Below, one piece after another: positions 38,111 through 50,487 of a stretch of DNA of 62,760 nt (its first letter is position 1; the number at the start of each line of letters is the position of its first letter). The DNA is from Octopus bimaculoides. Its lineage: Eukaryota. The DNA lies in the NCBI RefSeq assembly GCF_001194135.2, contig NC_069001.1:29223428-29286187 (forward strand), read 5' to 3'. The position numbers and the translations under genes are program-made. Under the pieces are notes generated by a model that made no database searches, was not told the DNA's origin, and was given only the letters and a program-made list of their open reading frames with translations.

Positions 38111-38569
38111 CCCTTGGTGTTATAGGCTCAGGACTAATCAATTTGAGCAAATCAATTTCCATTGACCCCAGTACGTGACTGGTAATTACTTTATCGACCT
38201 GAAATGGACGAAATTCTTTTATATTTTCTGCTTTCTACTACAAGCTCAAGGCCTGAAATATGCGGGAATATGCCTATTCCTCCATCGACACCAGTGTTCA
38301 ATTGGGAATTATATTTTCTTCGCTATCCTCGGGGGCAACATTTTATGTCCATTTCGTCTGTTACTGCTGCTGCTGCCATGAGAAATGTTGAGATATGATA
38401 GAAAAAAAAAAGTAGCCTGTATTTAGAATATTTATTATTCCATTGCTATGTCTTTAAATTTAAATTAGGAAAAGTAACCCCACACCATTTGTTTTGACAC
38501 CAAAGGATGAAATGCAAACGTCAACAATAATAGCTTTGCAGTGTGAGTCTGTCATCGTTGACGACGACG

Positions 38570-38822
38570 ATGATGATGATAAAAGTAATAATAATAATAA
38601 TAATAATAATGTTAATAATAATAGCGATAATAATAACACTTGATAACAAGGGCACTCATATTTTTGCTAGTAACAATAATAAGAATAATAATAATGATCA
38701 AAATAATAATAATAATAATGACCATAATAATAATAATAATGATCATAATAACAATAATGAAAATATTGATAATAATGATAATATTAATAATAATGATAAT
38801 TATTATTATTATGATTATTTTT
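38570..38822. repeat. Degenerate (AAT)n array
   Basis: Direct reading. Confidence 0.9.
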
Positions 38823-39179
38823 AATGATTGCCGTAACTCCACACAAGTGTAAATAGACAAATCCAAGAGCGTGATGCGATTGTAATAAATGTTTTATCGG
38901 TTGAATGATATTTCGATACCTTGGCTGTCTTTGTCGAGTTCAAAATATATAGTGATACATCGAAGTTCAAAATTATAGGAACTGAAATTCAAAATTTGAA
39001 CGATGTAACCAGCGTTCCGAATTTGATGGAATGACATCATCAGTCTTCAATTAGCAATTTTACGACTGACAAAAAAAAAAATAGAAAGAAAAGAAAAAAA
39101 AAATTAACTGAAAAGGAAAGAAAAAAAGAAAAGAAAAAAGTATATTTAATCAAACATTCTTGTGTAAATATTTATCCAT

Positions 39180-40643
39180 CCGTTCATAGCATGATGTTAA
39201 TTGCTCAGAAACATGTTTCTCCTCATGCATTTTGAGAACTGAAAGTGTAGTAGATTAAGAATATATGCTGACAACATGCACCATCAGGTTTTTTTCAAAA
39301 GTGCAGCCGTTCAATAAGTTATATTGAAATACTGCTACTGTTCCTGACGTGATAAATGTACCCGTTGAATCTTTTCTTTAAATGTTCCGTTATTTATTTT
39401 CAAGAAAAAATCTTTAACGTGATCACATTTTTGACTGATCAAATAATAACTTTTTCTGGCGATTTTCCAATGACCAGTTCAAATGCGCACACCAGGGCAA
39501 AAATACCACAAACATATGCGCCAACTTGAGGATTAGTAATATAAGCATGTTGAACTGTAGGAACTATATGCTTGTGGTGAGTATAGCATTGTTATCAGTG
39601 CTATTAGTTTCTGGGGTACTGGTAAGTTCAGACTGTCAAAAACATAAACATCTCCGAAACAGGTTGGTCGACAAAACAAAACGATAGTTCCTGGTGTGAT
39701 GAATGAACAGTGTGCAGTGTGGAGTGTTTGTTATAGATTCCGTGTAAAGAAAAAAATGGTTGGTGGTATTGGAATTCCAGGAAAACTTTTCCGCAATGAT
39801 TTTCAACCTGGCATCAATAGGTCTGTCACATAACATTTGTCCCGAACGTAAAAACGACTTCTCATATTTCAAAGCAAACGTTCTCAGAAAAAATGTTTCC
39901 TTGCCAACTGGCTCAGAGGAATGATAATTCAGCTTTTTCAGCTTCTTTTCTGCTTTTCCCTTCACAGACGAAATTTCCTTTTTTTTTTTTTCAAAGTTAA
40001 TGAAACAATTACACAAATATTTGAAGCGATTTTTAGAAGAACCTACCTGTTCAAGGACATTCAAATTCTCCTTAATGTCTGCACCAGGCAATACTAATTT
40101 TGAACGATAGCGTTCAATAATAACTTCCATTAAGTTAAATGAATTGCTCTCAACAATCAATTTAAACTTTTTGAAGTAATGAATCGTTAGGCTGTGATGA
40201 ACACATTGTTATATTTTATGCAAGACCATCCGGTATAATTTGTTCTAGTCTACATGTTTTGAGAAATGATAAATGGCTTTCATTTTAGCACGTAATTGAT
40301 TAATTTTTTTAACTGATAGAAATATCGATTTCTTATTTTGTGATTTGTATTTGAATGGTACAAAATCCATTGAGTGAGGATCGGGCTCAACACTGGGGTC
40401 TAGAGAAACGAAGAGGGCTGACAAACCAACTATAAGAAGGAATAAAACGCAAAACTTGTAATTTATATTACGATCTTCCTTAGACAAGCCAATATTTTCG
40501 AACCCACGGAAGTTTTGCATGTGAGAATGTCTGTGTAATAGCTTAAAAATCAACAATAGTTGCACCAGACAATATACAAGACACATCCTGAGACCCCGTA
40601 TAGCGCTGTTTGAAAATGAACCATACCCCAGGCAAATTAATTT
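39180..40643 (-). pseudogene. Decayed ORF with a Ulp1/C48-like cysteine protease domain, possibly flanked by SWIM and PHD fingers; probable DNA-transposon gene
   Basis: One minus frame runs from 40643 to 39636 (about 335 codons) with only two stops. Motifs in order: QMLCDRPIDARLKIIAEKF; LFIHHTRNYRFVLSTN; (frameshift) GDVYVFDSLN at 39655-39626; PQVGAYVCGIFALVCAF (Q at 39528, C at 39510); FDQSKM*SH. This matches the H-D-Q-C arrangement of Ulp1-family proteases. Confidence 0.65.
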
Positions 40644-40979
40644 CTGAAAATTTAATAAAAGATATATTTTGATTCGATGGTCAGCAACAGTGCTTATTGG
40701 ATCGAGAATAATAAATCAACGATGGAACTCATAAATTATGATAGACGTCATATTGATTATGAATCTTATCGTTCCAATAAAAGCGATACGGATATATATT
40801 ATACAGTGATCGTTCAAGCGATTGGTTAAAAGAAAAGCTGGAATACTGAGGAATGTGATTCATTTGAAGAAAGTTTGTTCTATCATGACTAATCTGTGAG
40901 TAGACAACAGCGGTCAAAGACAAAACAGTAAAAACGCACTAAAATATGAGCATGACATCAGCTTTCCTTTTCTCTTTCA

Positions 40980-41285
40980 GGCACCCCGTCGGTTAGGATA
41001 ACGATGGTTCTGGTTGATCCGATCAACAGAAGACGTTGCGTGTCAAATTTACCTGCACGTTGTTGAGTACTCCACAGAAACACAGCCCTTCAAATATTTC
41101 ACAGGGAGAGTCAGTATGACAGGATGTGACAAGAATCTTCCCTTAAGTTACAGGTATAACTCATTTTGGCCTGCCAAATGCTCTGGTGCAATGTGATATA
41201 AAGTATTCTGCTCAAGGACCCGTCGGGAATCGAACGTATGATATTACGATTGTGAAGCGAATACTGTGACCACTTAGTCACACGG
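40980..41285 (-). mobile_element. SINE-C, diverged
   Basis: GCACCCCGTCGGTTA...TTCTGGTTGATCCGATCAAC...GAGTACTCCACAG...GTGACAAG...GGGAATCGAAC resembles 50488-50869. Confidence 0.6.
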
Positions 41286-41689
41286 GGTTCAATTATCATT
41301 ACCTTGCTTCGAAACACCAACTAATCAAAGCGATTTCATAAATATTATTTGTAATTGAGTACTAATTATAATTAAAAAGAATTGAGATTGGAGACATCAC
41401 GCTAAAATTTAATATTAGTTATTTAACATAGTATGCTTTATCAATTCAATGCATTTCTTTAATCTCTAATTTCGTTCTATTGAAGTAATAGAAACGAGTA
41501 GTTAGTGGATAATGCCGTAGTTGTTAGTTAATACTTTCATGATTAATAAAGAAATTATGAAAATAAGAAATGAGATAAATGTTTAAATTATTAAGCTCCA
41601 TTATGGGGAACAATTGTTTCTCCTATTGGCAGAAATCCTGAAAGTTTTGGTGAGATGACCATTAGATTTCATCAATATCAATTCACGGA

Positions 41690-42030
41690 AAATAGTTAAT
41701 TTATCGTGTGCCGAAAGGATATCAGGTAAATTTGACGACGGTGTCATTTGAACTTAGAATGAAAAGCCAAAATAAATTTCGCATAGCATTTTCTTCGTCC
41801 TGTTAATCATTCTACCAGCTGACCATCTTGAATGTGGTTAGTAATAGGCACAACGCCTGTACGTTTTGGGGGAGCGGGATTGTCGATTCACCCGGCACCT
41901 ATGCTACACTGCTAACCCTTTTGTCGTCCCTGAAAGAGTAAAGAAGTTTCGATGTCGGTAAAATTTGAACTTCGAACGTAAAGTTACAACAAATAGACTA
42001 CAACATTTTCACCTGCCTTAACGATTCGTC
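41690..42030 (-). mobile_element. Two adjacent highly diverged SINE-A copies
   Basis: AATTTATCG...GAAAGGAT..CAGG.AAA...GTCATTTGAACTTAGAATG (about 41690-41825) and AGTTTCGATGTCGGTAAAATTTGAACTTCGAACGTAAAG (about 41860-42030). Confidence 0.45.
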
Positions 42031-42387
42031 AAGATCTTTATCAACAGCGTATATTTGCTCGGACCATAATACTAACAATAACCTATATATGCAGCTACGT
42101 TGAGTTCTTTCGTGAATTTATTAAACTAACTTAAATGTTTTTCATGCTTTTAGTTTATTACCAATATATCACTAGTTTTATACTAATTTTCAATATAGTC
42201 TTTTTTTTTGTCAAATATTTATTGTTTATCAACTATAGCAAAATGGCTTTATTTTTTTTTTTTATTTGTGACATTTTTCTGAAATATTAATCTACCGATG
42301 CAACTATATAAATTTACATAATCGTGAATTTAAAAACATAATGACATGTGGGCAAAGTACAGGTATTTAAATTTTAAAAAAGTTTAT

Positions 42388-42600
42388 GAGGCACGGCTCT
42401 GTAGTAAGATGTTTGCTTCCTAACTACATGACTCCGGGTTCTGTCGTACAGCCTGGCAAATTGGGGAACAGTTTTCTACCACAACCCAGGGCCAACCAAT
42501 TCATACTGAGTAGATCTGGTCAACTGAAGCTGAAAGAAGCCTATCGCGCGTGGGCTTGTTTGTGTGTGTGTATCTTTGTGTTCTGTATATGTTCCCCATC
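42388..42600 (+). mobile_element. SINE-B 5' part, diverged
   Basis: GCACGGCTCTGTAGTAAG...CTAACTACATGACTCCGGGTTC...TTGGGGAACAG...AACTGAAGCTGAAAGAAGCC. Confidence 0.6.
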
Positions 42601-43109
42601 AACGTTTGGCTAAAAGGCTTAAAACGTAGGTACTGCGTTCGGTTCCTCCGAGTATGAGTTTGATGGCAGTGTACAAGCATTTGAGCAGAGCAGTGACTGA
42701 AGCAAGAAATATACAAAAGATTACAGATATGAAGAGTGATGTTTTACCAGCAGGAATCCTCAACGATTTAAAGCATATCTCTCAATTCGAGAAAGGAAAA
42801 CTCAAATCTATTAGGAAACTATTTGATAACTGAAGAATAAAAAAATAAGTTAAAGAATAATTCTTATACTGGTAGCAAAAATGTGAAACGATTTACGTGT
42901 CTGACCATTCTATTAGAAGGCAAATATCTTAGTAGAGAAAGGTTTGCTGTCAGGAGTAATGTGCATAAATATACAACAATGCTGACAGAGAATATAATAT
43001 CGTTTCCTAAAATTTGTATATTTCGATGCAATGTATGTATCAGTGTAAGAATTCCTGCGCAGGTATAAACATGCACGCATAGATACATACATACATGCTC
43101 CCATATATA

Positions 43110-43310
43110 ACAGCCAGCCAGACAGACAGCCAGCCAGACAGACAGCCAGACAGCCAGACAGACAGACAGCCAGACAGATAAATAGGTAGATAAATAGGGA
43201 AACAGACAGATAGATAGATAGATAGTTAGACGGGCAGACAGAAAAGAAACAGATAGTTAGATAGATATATAGATAGATAGATAGACGGGCAGACAATAGA
43301 TAAATAGATT
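43110..43310. repeat. Compound (CAGC/CAGA/TAGA)n tetranucleotide array
   Basis: Direct reading. Confidence 0.9.
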
Positions 43311-44009
43311 AATAATTACTCATATGTGTAAATTAAAATGAATATAGAAAAAAATCACATGAAACAAAATAAACATTTTATATATCATACATACAAATAT
43401 ACATAGAAATTTGAATCAATTTAATATTGTTAAATTACCGTAACAAGACAACAACAAAGGAGAACATGAATCGTAAATTAATATAAGGCAACCGTTTAAT
43501 AAAAAATCAGTTTTGTTAAAAGCACATCAGCTCTGTTCATTAATAATGATTTCGAAGTTTGGTAGAAAGCCAACTGATTTGGAGAAGGAAAGCTTTGGTT
43601 ACATCGACTGAATATTTAGGTATTACCAAATTAATTGACCACACAAGTGGGGGATGAATCGACACAGATTTCTCAAAGGATGTTTTTCACTCATAAAACG
43701 ACGAAATTTAATAATGCATAATATCGTTATATCGTTTCTAATTCTTTTCACTATTGCAAACTATCTCCTTATCTAAATTTATAATTATTTGTACCTCAGT
43801 CAAAGTTTTATATGTTTGTGTACGAAAACATTCTCGATTTAGTACTTGACAAGCATTTTAAATTATGAAGTCCTTAATATAGATACGGTAAATTTGAATT
43901 TAGCGGAATTTCGACTGTTCAATCACTAATCGTAATACTATTGAAAGGACGAGTAATAACCCTTCCTCCAACAGAAACTAAGTGTGAAATATGGTATAGG
44001 GGGATGTGT

Positions 44010-44166
44010 AGATTATATCAGCCCCCTTGCTCAGCTGGTAATAATTTTATCGATTCCGAAGTGATGAAAGGCAAAGTCCACCTTGGAGGAACCTGAACTG
44101 AGGGCATGAAGATGGAGGAAATGCCGCTAAGTCGTTTAACTTGCATGGTAACGATTCTGCCAGTTT
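44010..44166 (-). mobile_element. SINE-A, diverged
   Basis: TTTTATCGATTCCGAAGTGATGAAAGGCAAAGTCCACCTTGG...TGAACTGAG...GCCGCTAAG...AACGATTCTGCCAG. Confidence 0.7.
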
Positions 44167-44296
44167 TCTGTCTTTAACCAAGACCAGTAATAATGATATA
44201 TGTCTGGTATGAGTTAATAATAAAAGCGTTAAGAATCATTTGGTCCACAAATGTCCGCAACGTGATTCTCCAAGCATTTAACTCTGTTGAATATAC

Positions 44297-44518
44297 TTCC
44301 AATAAAATCATACCGACAAACAACACAAGCAATATGATATATAAAATTTGGAATAGAGAGAAATAGAAAAAGAAATCCATTAAAGGGGTGGGGAAGCTAT
44401 TTCCAAAATGAATTAATGAAAAATATTATTTTCTGAAGTAGGAAGGAAAATGTGATAGAAATAAATACGGAGTAAAATTGTATTTATCTACATCAGGAAA
44501 TGGATCAGAAGGTTATAT
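44297..44518 (+). repeat. Direct repeat copy 1 (about 222 bp)
   Basis: Nearly identical to 45430-45652 (TTCCAATAAAATC.TACCGACAAACAACACAAGCAATATG...GGATCAGAAGGTTATAT). Confidence 0.9.
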
Positions 44519-44974
44519 CAGAAGGACTCTCTATCAAAATGAGTCTAATATGCGAAAGAGCAAGAACTCGAAACTTTACACTAATCTTTTAAAAATATCG
44601 TTTACCTCATAAGCCATCATATGTAAGGCATATAAGAAAATATGTATATGGTAACAATATAAACTGAAATACGAATGTATATCGGAGGGGTTATGTAGTA
44701 AAATGATCTCCGACGCTGTGATATCTATTACAAATAATATATACAAATAATAGAAACCGAAGATAAAGTTCTCATAACAAATACGAACGTTATAAACGCC
44801 TTCAAATGACACAAATGACTACGGAAAAGTATCTATATTTTAAATGTAGTGTGTGTGTACAATAAACCACCATGCTGATAATAACAAATAAACAAAAAAA
44901 GTTACTAACTTTAAAGTGAAGAGAAAATGAATGCCGAGTAAGTATATATTATACACAATACATATCGGTCGTAA

Positions 44975-45185
44975 GGCGACGAGCAATCAGAAACATTAGC
45001 ACGCCAGGCGAAACGCTTAGCGGTATTTCGTCTGTCTTTACAGACGAGTTCAAATTCCGCCGAGGTCGACTTTGCCTTTTTATCATTTCAGAGTCAATAA
45101 GTACGAGTTACATACTAGAATCGATGTAATCAACTGGTCCCCTCCCAGCAAAATGTCGGGCCTTGCGCCTCGAGTAGAAAAGAAT
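44975..45185 (+). mobile_element. SINE-A, full length with standard tail
   Basis: GGCGACGAGC...GAAACATTAGCACGCCAGGCGAAACGCTTAGCGGTATTTCGTCTG...GGGCCTTGCGCCTCGAGTAGAAAAGAATA. Confidence 0.9.
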
Positions 45186-45254
45186 ACATATAGATCGTTT
45201 GAAATTTCCATTCAAGCAGCATCTTTACAAATATTTCAAGAAAATAAGATAGCC

Positions 45255-45293
<39 letters not shown>

Positions 45294-45429
45294 TGTGTAT
45301 TAGTTTCTTAAATTTCTAGCAGAATTCACTCCAACAAAAAGAAAACCGTATATCAACAGACAAGTAATTTACTAATTTATTCAGTAGCGTGAAAAATCGG
45401 ACTCACACTCTACGAAATATAACTTGTTT

Positions 45430-45652
45430 TTCCAATAAAATCCTACCGACAAACAACACAAGCAATATGATATATAAAATTAGGAATAGAGGGAAGTATA
45501 AAAGAAATCCATTAAAGGGGTGGGGAAGCTATTTGAAAAATGAATTAATAAAAAAAATATTATTTTCCCAAGTAGGAAGGAAAATGTGATAGAAATAAAT
45601 ACGGAGTAAAATTGTATTTATCTATATCAGGAAATGGATCAGAAGGTTATAT
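45430..45652 (+). repeat. Direct repeat copy 2 (about 223 bp)
   Basis: See 44297-44518. Confidence 0.9.
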
Positions 45653-46499
45653 ACGGAATCTCAAGTCATTTAAACAAACATACAATTTTACTCTATAGAG
45701 ATTGGAAGATAATAATGACACTATTAGAAATTATCATACATGAAAATCCACTGAGAGGATAGTTACCAGAGAAAATCATTTAAAACAAATTATTGGAGAT
45801 ACGCTGAAATATCGAAGTTTCTTGAAATATCGTTTGTGATTTATATAGAAAAATATAAATCCATTTTATGAAAAAAAAAATTGAAAGCAGAAAACCTATT
45901 TAAAGCAACATTGATTTTGATAAATATTAACCTAATTTTCTTGTTTTTACATTTATATTATATTTCTATAATTTATTGTTGAATTTAGTGATTTTAATTG
46001 TGTGTAGATATTTGTTTGCTTTGCATTTAGATTTCAAAAGACATTTGCTAAAAGAAGACGAAAGAAACAAAGTTTATCACTAGGGATTTCATTTAAAATT
46101 GATATGTACGTATGCTTTATTTTCTCAGTGTTTCTGTTTGGTTGAATTTCATGATATTGATTTGAATTCAGTTGACTGTTGAGATTGTATTGCTTCTCAA
46201 AAATTCAAATATAGCAACATTTGACTTTATTCCAGTTTTAAGCAACTTCACATTAAATATTTTCTTTTTAGAACATCTGATAGGAAACACACAAATAGAA
46301 TTAATTATTTGTGTATCTTTGATATATGATACATTTCGTATCTCATCTCTAGTTGATATATTTATACCTTTCTTATTATTTATCATTTTTTGTAAACGAG
46401 ATTAACGATGGCTGCTCTTTCTTATGGAAGTAATTAATTTAATTACCTAGAAAAGATAAAACAAAGATTTGTACTGTAAGATTTGTACCAGATATTATT

Positions 46500-46894
46500 C
46501 TTTCTGCTCTAGGCACAAGAGGACACCAGTGGACTATATCGACCTCAGTACGCAACTAATACTTAATTTATCGAGCCTAGTCGAGCACGGCAGAATTTGA
46601 TCTCAAAACGTAAAGACAGACGAAATGTCGCTAAGCATTTCGCCCGGCGAGCTAACGTTTCTTATTTCTTTATTGCCCACAATGGGCTAAACATAGAGGG
46701 GACAAACAAGGACAGACATCGGGATTAAGTCGATTACATCGACCTCGGTGCGTAACTAGTACTTAATTTATCTACCCTGAAAGGACGAAAGGCAAAGTCG
46801 AGCTCGGCAGAATTTGAACTCAGATCGTAACGGCAGATGAAATACCGCGAAGCATTTCGGCCGGCGAGCTACCGTTTCTGCCAGCTCGCCGCCG
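46500..46894 (-). mobile_element. SINE-A dimer joined through the alternative tail, bounded by a 17-bp target-site duplication
   Basis: Minus-strand junction GGCAATAAAGAAATA|AGAAACGTTAG at 46663/46662. TTGTACCAGATATTATT occurs at 46483-46499 and 46895-46911. Confidence 0.9.
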
Positions 46895-48153
46895 TTGTAC
46901 CAGATATTATTAGAATATAATTTGATGGATACAAATACATATATAGTCTATCTACATGATAATAAAGTCAAACTTTGTAATAGCTATCTAGAAAATACTT
47001 GCAGTGTTTATACTTTTTTTCTCTTTTTGGCTTCATGCCTTTGTTTATATTTTCTAATTTAGTTAATACAGGCAGTAATTTTCTCTCATTACACTCCTAA
47101 CCGAAATTATTACAGGAAGTGCAATGGGCGTAGAGGTTCCGTTTATGCCCTCCCAAAGAAACGGAAAGAAAATGATACTAATGCTTACGTCATTAGGGTA
47201 TGGAAAGAGTTGAACTGATTATGACTGAGATATTGCAAGTAATTAATTGATGGCAAGAGAGATACTAAATGAAGCGTCCAAATCTATGTTGAATGGATTA
47301 GTTCTTGATGAGGGAAACCAACACATTTTCATTTTATTTTATTCCAGAGCTTGTGAGTAATTATTTCATTGTTTACAAGCTTCAAAAGAGCCAAGAATAT
47401 CTAGGCTGAATATATAAATAAATCAAAAAATTAAATCCATCAAATATGAAAATGTGTATAAAAATATAGTAAAAAGCGCAATGAATTTAGAGAAATAGAA
47501 AAAAAAAAAAAACAATTCTTAAGAATTTTTGGATACGAACGAAAATACCCGTCGAATCTAAGAAAAAAATTATAATTCCTCAAAAGGAAAACAATGACAT
47601 CGGATTCTATAAATGAGAGCTCAGATATAAAAATGATATTCAGAGTAGACAAGTCGTCTATACTTCTGTTTATTTCGGTACTAAATACCACAATTTGTGT
47701 AGAAGGCTTGGTGTACTGAAGTGACGTGGTCAGAAACGATAAAAAAGAATCATATACAGTACAGAATTCAGCTTCAGTACAGATATGAGTAAGTTTACAA
47801 ATTAAATGAAGAGACAAATATATCTATAGCACAGCGAGGAAATCCGCTGATTCTCTCCACTGATTACAAATTCACATTACAGTAATAATTGTTGTTGCTA
47901 GGTTAATAGATGCTTAAGTGACAATCTCAAAAAGATAAGAGTTTAAGGCGAATGTGGCGACAAGATAACGCGCACGTTACTGATATAATATGCAAACCGA
48001 AGGATATATGCATAGAAAATCTTTCTAAAGTGCAACACGGTCGTTGTTATTCAAATACAACCCACGGAGTATTGAGCGCCATTCTTATGCAATGACTTCA
48101 AATGATTTAAAGTGACACACATATGCATTTACATATATGAACTGAGTATAAAG

Positions 48154-48368
48154 CAGTGGTTTTCAACCATTTTATATATCTAGAACACTTTCAGTTCTGT
48201 TTTATTCGGTGGAGCCTCAGAGCATATTGATGCCTAACAACACGGTTTTATAGATATATAACCTATAGTAGTCATCCGTCGAGAAATCATAGATCCGTTC
48301 CCGAACAAATTTCGTCAGCTGCTAAAGGTGGTGAAGCGACTCCTGTGGCTCTAGATAGAGAACCACAC
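48154..48368. mobile_element. Possible hAT-type MITE
   Basis: Begins CAGTGGTTTTCAACC and ends GAGAACCAC, resembling CAGTGGTTCTCAA-type hAT TIRs. No clear 8-bp TSD. Confidence 0.35.
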
Positions 48369-48600
48369 GTGTCTGACAGTCATGCATATAGCAACTGCAT
48401 TTCAAGAGTTCTCTACCTGTACGACTGTAGCAATTATATAGATATGTTTTTCAGGCTTTCACTTGTGTAGGTTTGTAGGAATAGTTGCAGAACGACCATG
48501 TTTCTATAGCCAGAAATATGTAAAACTGTTAAGTATTATGGAAAGCACATCCAAAGATTTCCTCATGGAATTTTCAAAAATACTTATGGCTCCTGTAGGA

Positions 48601-48884
48601 TTTTCGAGCGAGATCGTTGCCAGTGCCCCTGGACTGGCTTGTGCGGGTGGCACATAAAAGACACCATTTCGAGCGTGGCCGTTTTCGTGCGGGTGACACG
48701 TAAAAGCACCCACTACACTCTCTGAGTGGTTGGCGTTAGGAAGGGCATCCAGCTGTAGAAACTCTGCCAAATCAGACTGGAGCCTGGTGTTGCCATCCGG
48801 TTTCACCAGTCCTCAGTCAAATCGTCCAACCCATGCTAGCATGGAAAGCGGACGTTAAACGATGATGATGATGATGATGATGAT
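48601..48884 (+). mobile_element. RTE-type LINE / Ceph-SINE-like 3' end with (GAT)n tail
   Basis: GTGGTTGGCGTTAGGAAGGGCATCCAGCTGTAGAAA...CCCATGCTAGCATGGAAAGCGGACGTTAAAC(GAT)8. Internal imperfect tandem unit TTTCGAGCG...GTGCGGGTGRCACRTAAAAG. Confidence 0.7.
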
Positions 48885-49296
48885 GGTGACCATTCTACTA
48901 TGTTACCTTTATGGAATCCCAAAAGTCTTAAATGAATACTTAGGAGTTATATAGAACTCTGTTAAGCACCAGTGGTCTAAAGGAAAAGTACCGATGGAAA
49001 AGTACCTGGAAAATTGACTTCTGACTGTCATTCACTTTGGTGTTGTATATATGAATGACGGCAAAATTGTACCCGAGTTCTAGATCAAAACCAACGAAAA
49101 GAAATGCCAAAAGCTCGCATGGTCACTTCAGCGTCCTTGCATCAAACATTATCATCTTTAGCTGAAGCTGAATGTGGTTATGTAAAATCATGTAACGTTT
49201 GTCTCGGTTTAAAGCGAAACGGAACATTTGGTATAGTTGATCCATAAAAGAACAAAATTACACAGAGACACAAACGCAGGAAAACACACGTGTATA

Positions 49297-49350
<54 letters not shown>

Positions 49351-50487
49351 CATTATANNNNNNNNNNNNNNNNNNNNNNNNNNNNNNNNNNNNNNNNNNN
49401 NNNNNNNNNNNNNNNNNNNNNNNNNNNNNNNNNNNNNNNNNNNNNNNNNNNNNNNNNNNNNNNNNNNNNNNNNNNNNNNNNNNNNNNNNNNNNNNNNNNN
49501 NNNNNNNNNNNNNNNNNNNNNNNNNNNNNNNNNNNNNNNNNNNNNNNNNNNNNNNNNNNNNNNNNNNNNNNNNNNNNNNNNNNNNNNNNNNNNNNNNNNN
49601 NNNNNNNNNNNNNNNNNNNNNNNNNNNNNNNNNNNNNNNNNNNNNNNNNNNNNNNNNNNNNNNNNNNNNNNNNNNNNNNNNNNNNNNNNNNNNNNNNNNN
49701 NNNNNNNNNNNNNNNNNNNNNNNNNNNNNNNNNNNNNNNNNNNNNNNNNNNNNNNNNNNNNNNNNNNNNNNNNNNNNNNNNNNNNNNNNNNNNNNNNNNN
49801 NNNNNNNNNNNNNNNNNNNNNNNNNNNNNNNNNNNNNNNNNNNNNNNNNNNNNNNNNNNNNNNNNNNNNNNNNNNNNNNNNNNNNNNNNNNNNNNNNNNN
49901 NNNNNNNNNNNNNNNNNNNACACACACACACACACACGCACACACACACAAACACACATATATATATATATACATACAATGGTTACTATTATTAATATTA
50001 TTATTATATTTACACACGCACTGACAAACACACGCATACACATACACACATATAAAACAAATGATAGAAAAATGATTCTTTCCTAGCTATTCTGAGGATC
50101 ACAAATGTTATGTTGCTTTTGTTTGTTTTGTTTTTAATAAAATACGAGTGAAACGAGGGAACCCTTATAAAATTACCTAACCAGGTGCTTCTACTCTGAA
50201 CCATACACTACAACCAGTATCCTACCCATGAGGGTTCGATGTAGGATGGCTAGAAACGTTCGTTGTGAGCAATAAGGTTTCTCGTATATTCCAATTTCCG
50301 CATCTATTATTTGATATATATATATATATATATATGTACTCAACGAAAACTTTTATATTCACAATAATGATCCAGTAAGAATTGTGTAAGTACGTCAGGC
50401 AGCCGTAACCAGTGAACGTGCTTCACGGGCTAAGTACCAGGTACATACTCAATACTTACATGTATATATACATGAATATATGTGTGT

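Noticed and set aside
42715-42960. RTE-like RT fragment (RYEE / NVKRFTCL resembling YADD / V..FKYLG)
   Set aside because: Too degenerate to distinguish from chance.
47594-47790. Signal-peptide-like ORF followed by a GTAAGT donor at 47789
   Set aside because: An in-frame TGA interrupts it before the donor, and no homology was recognised.
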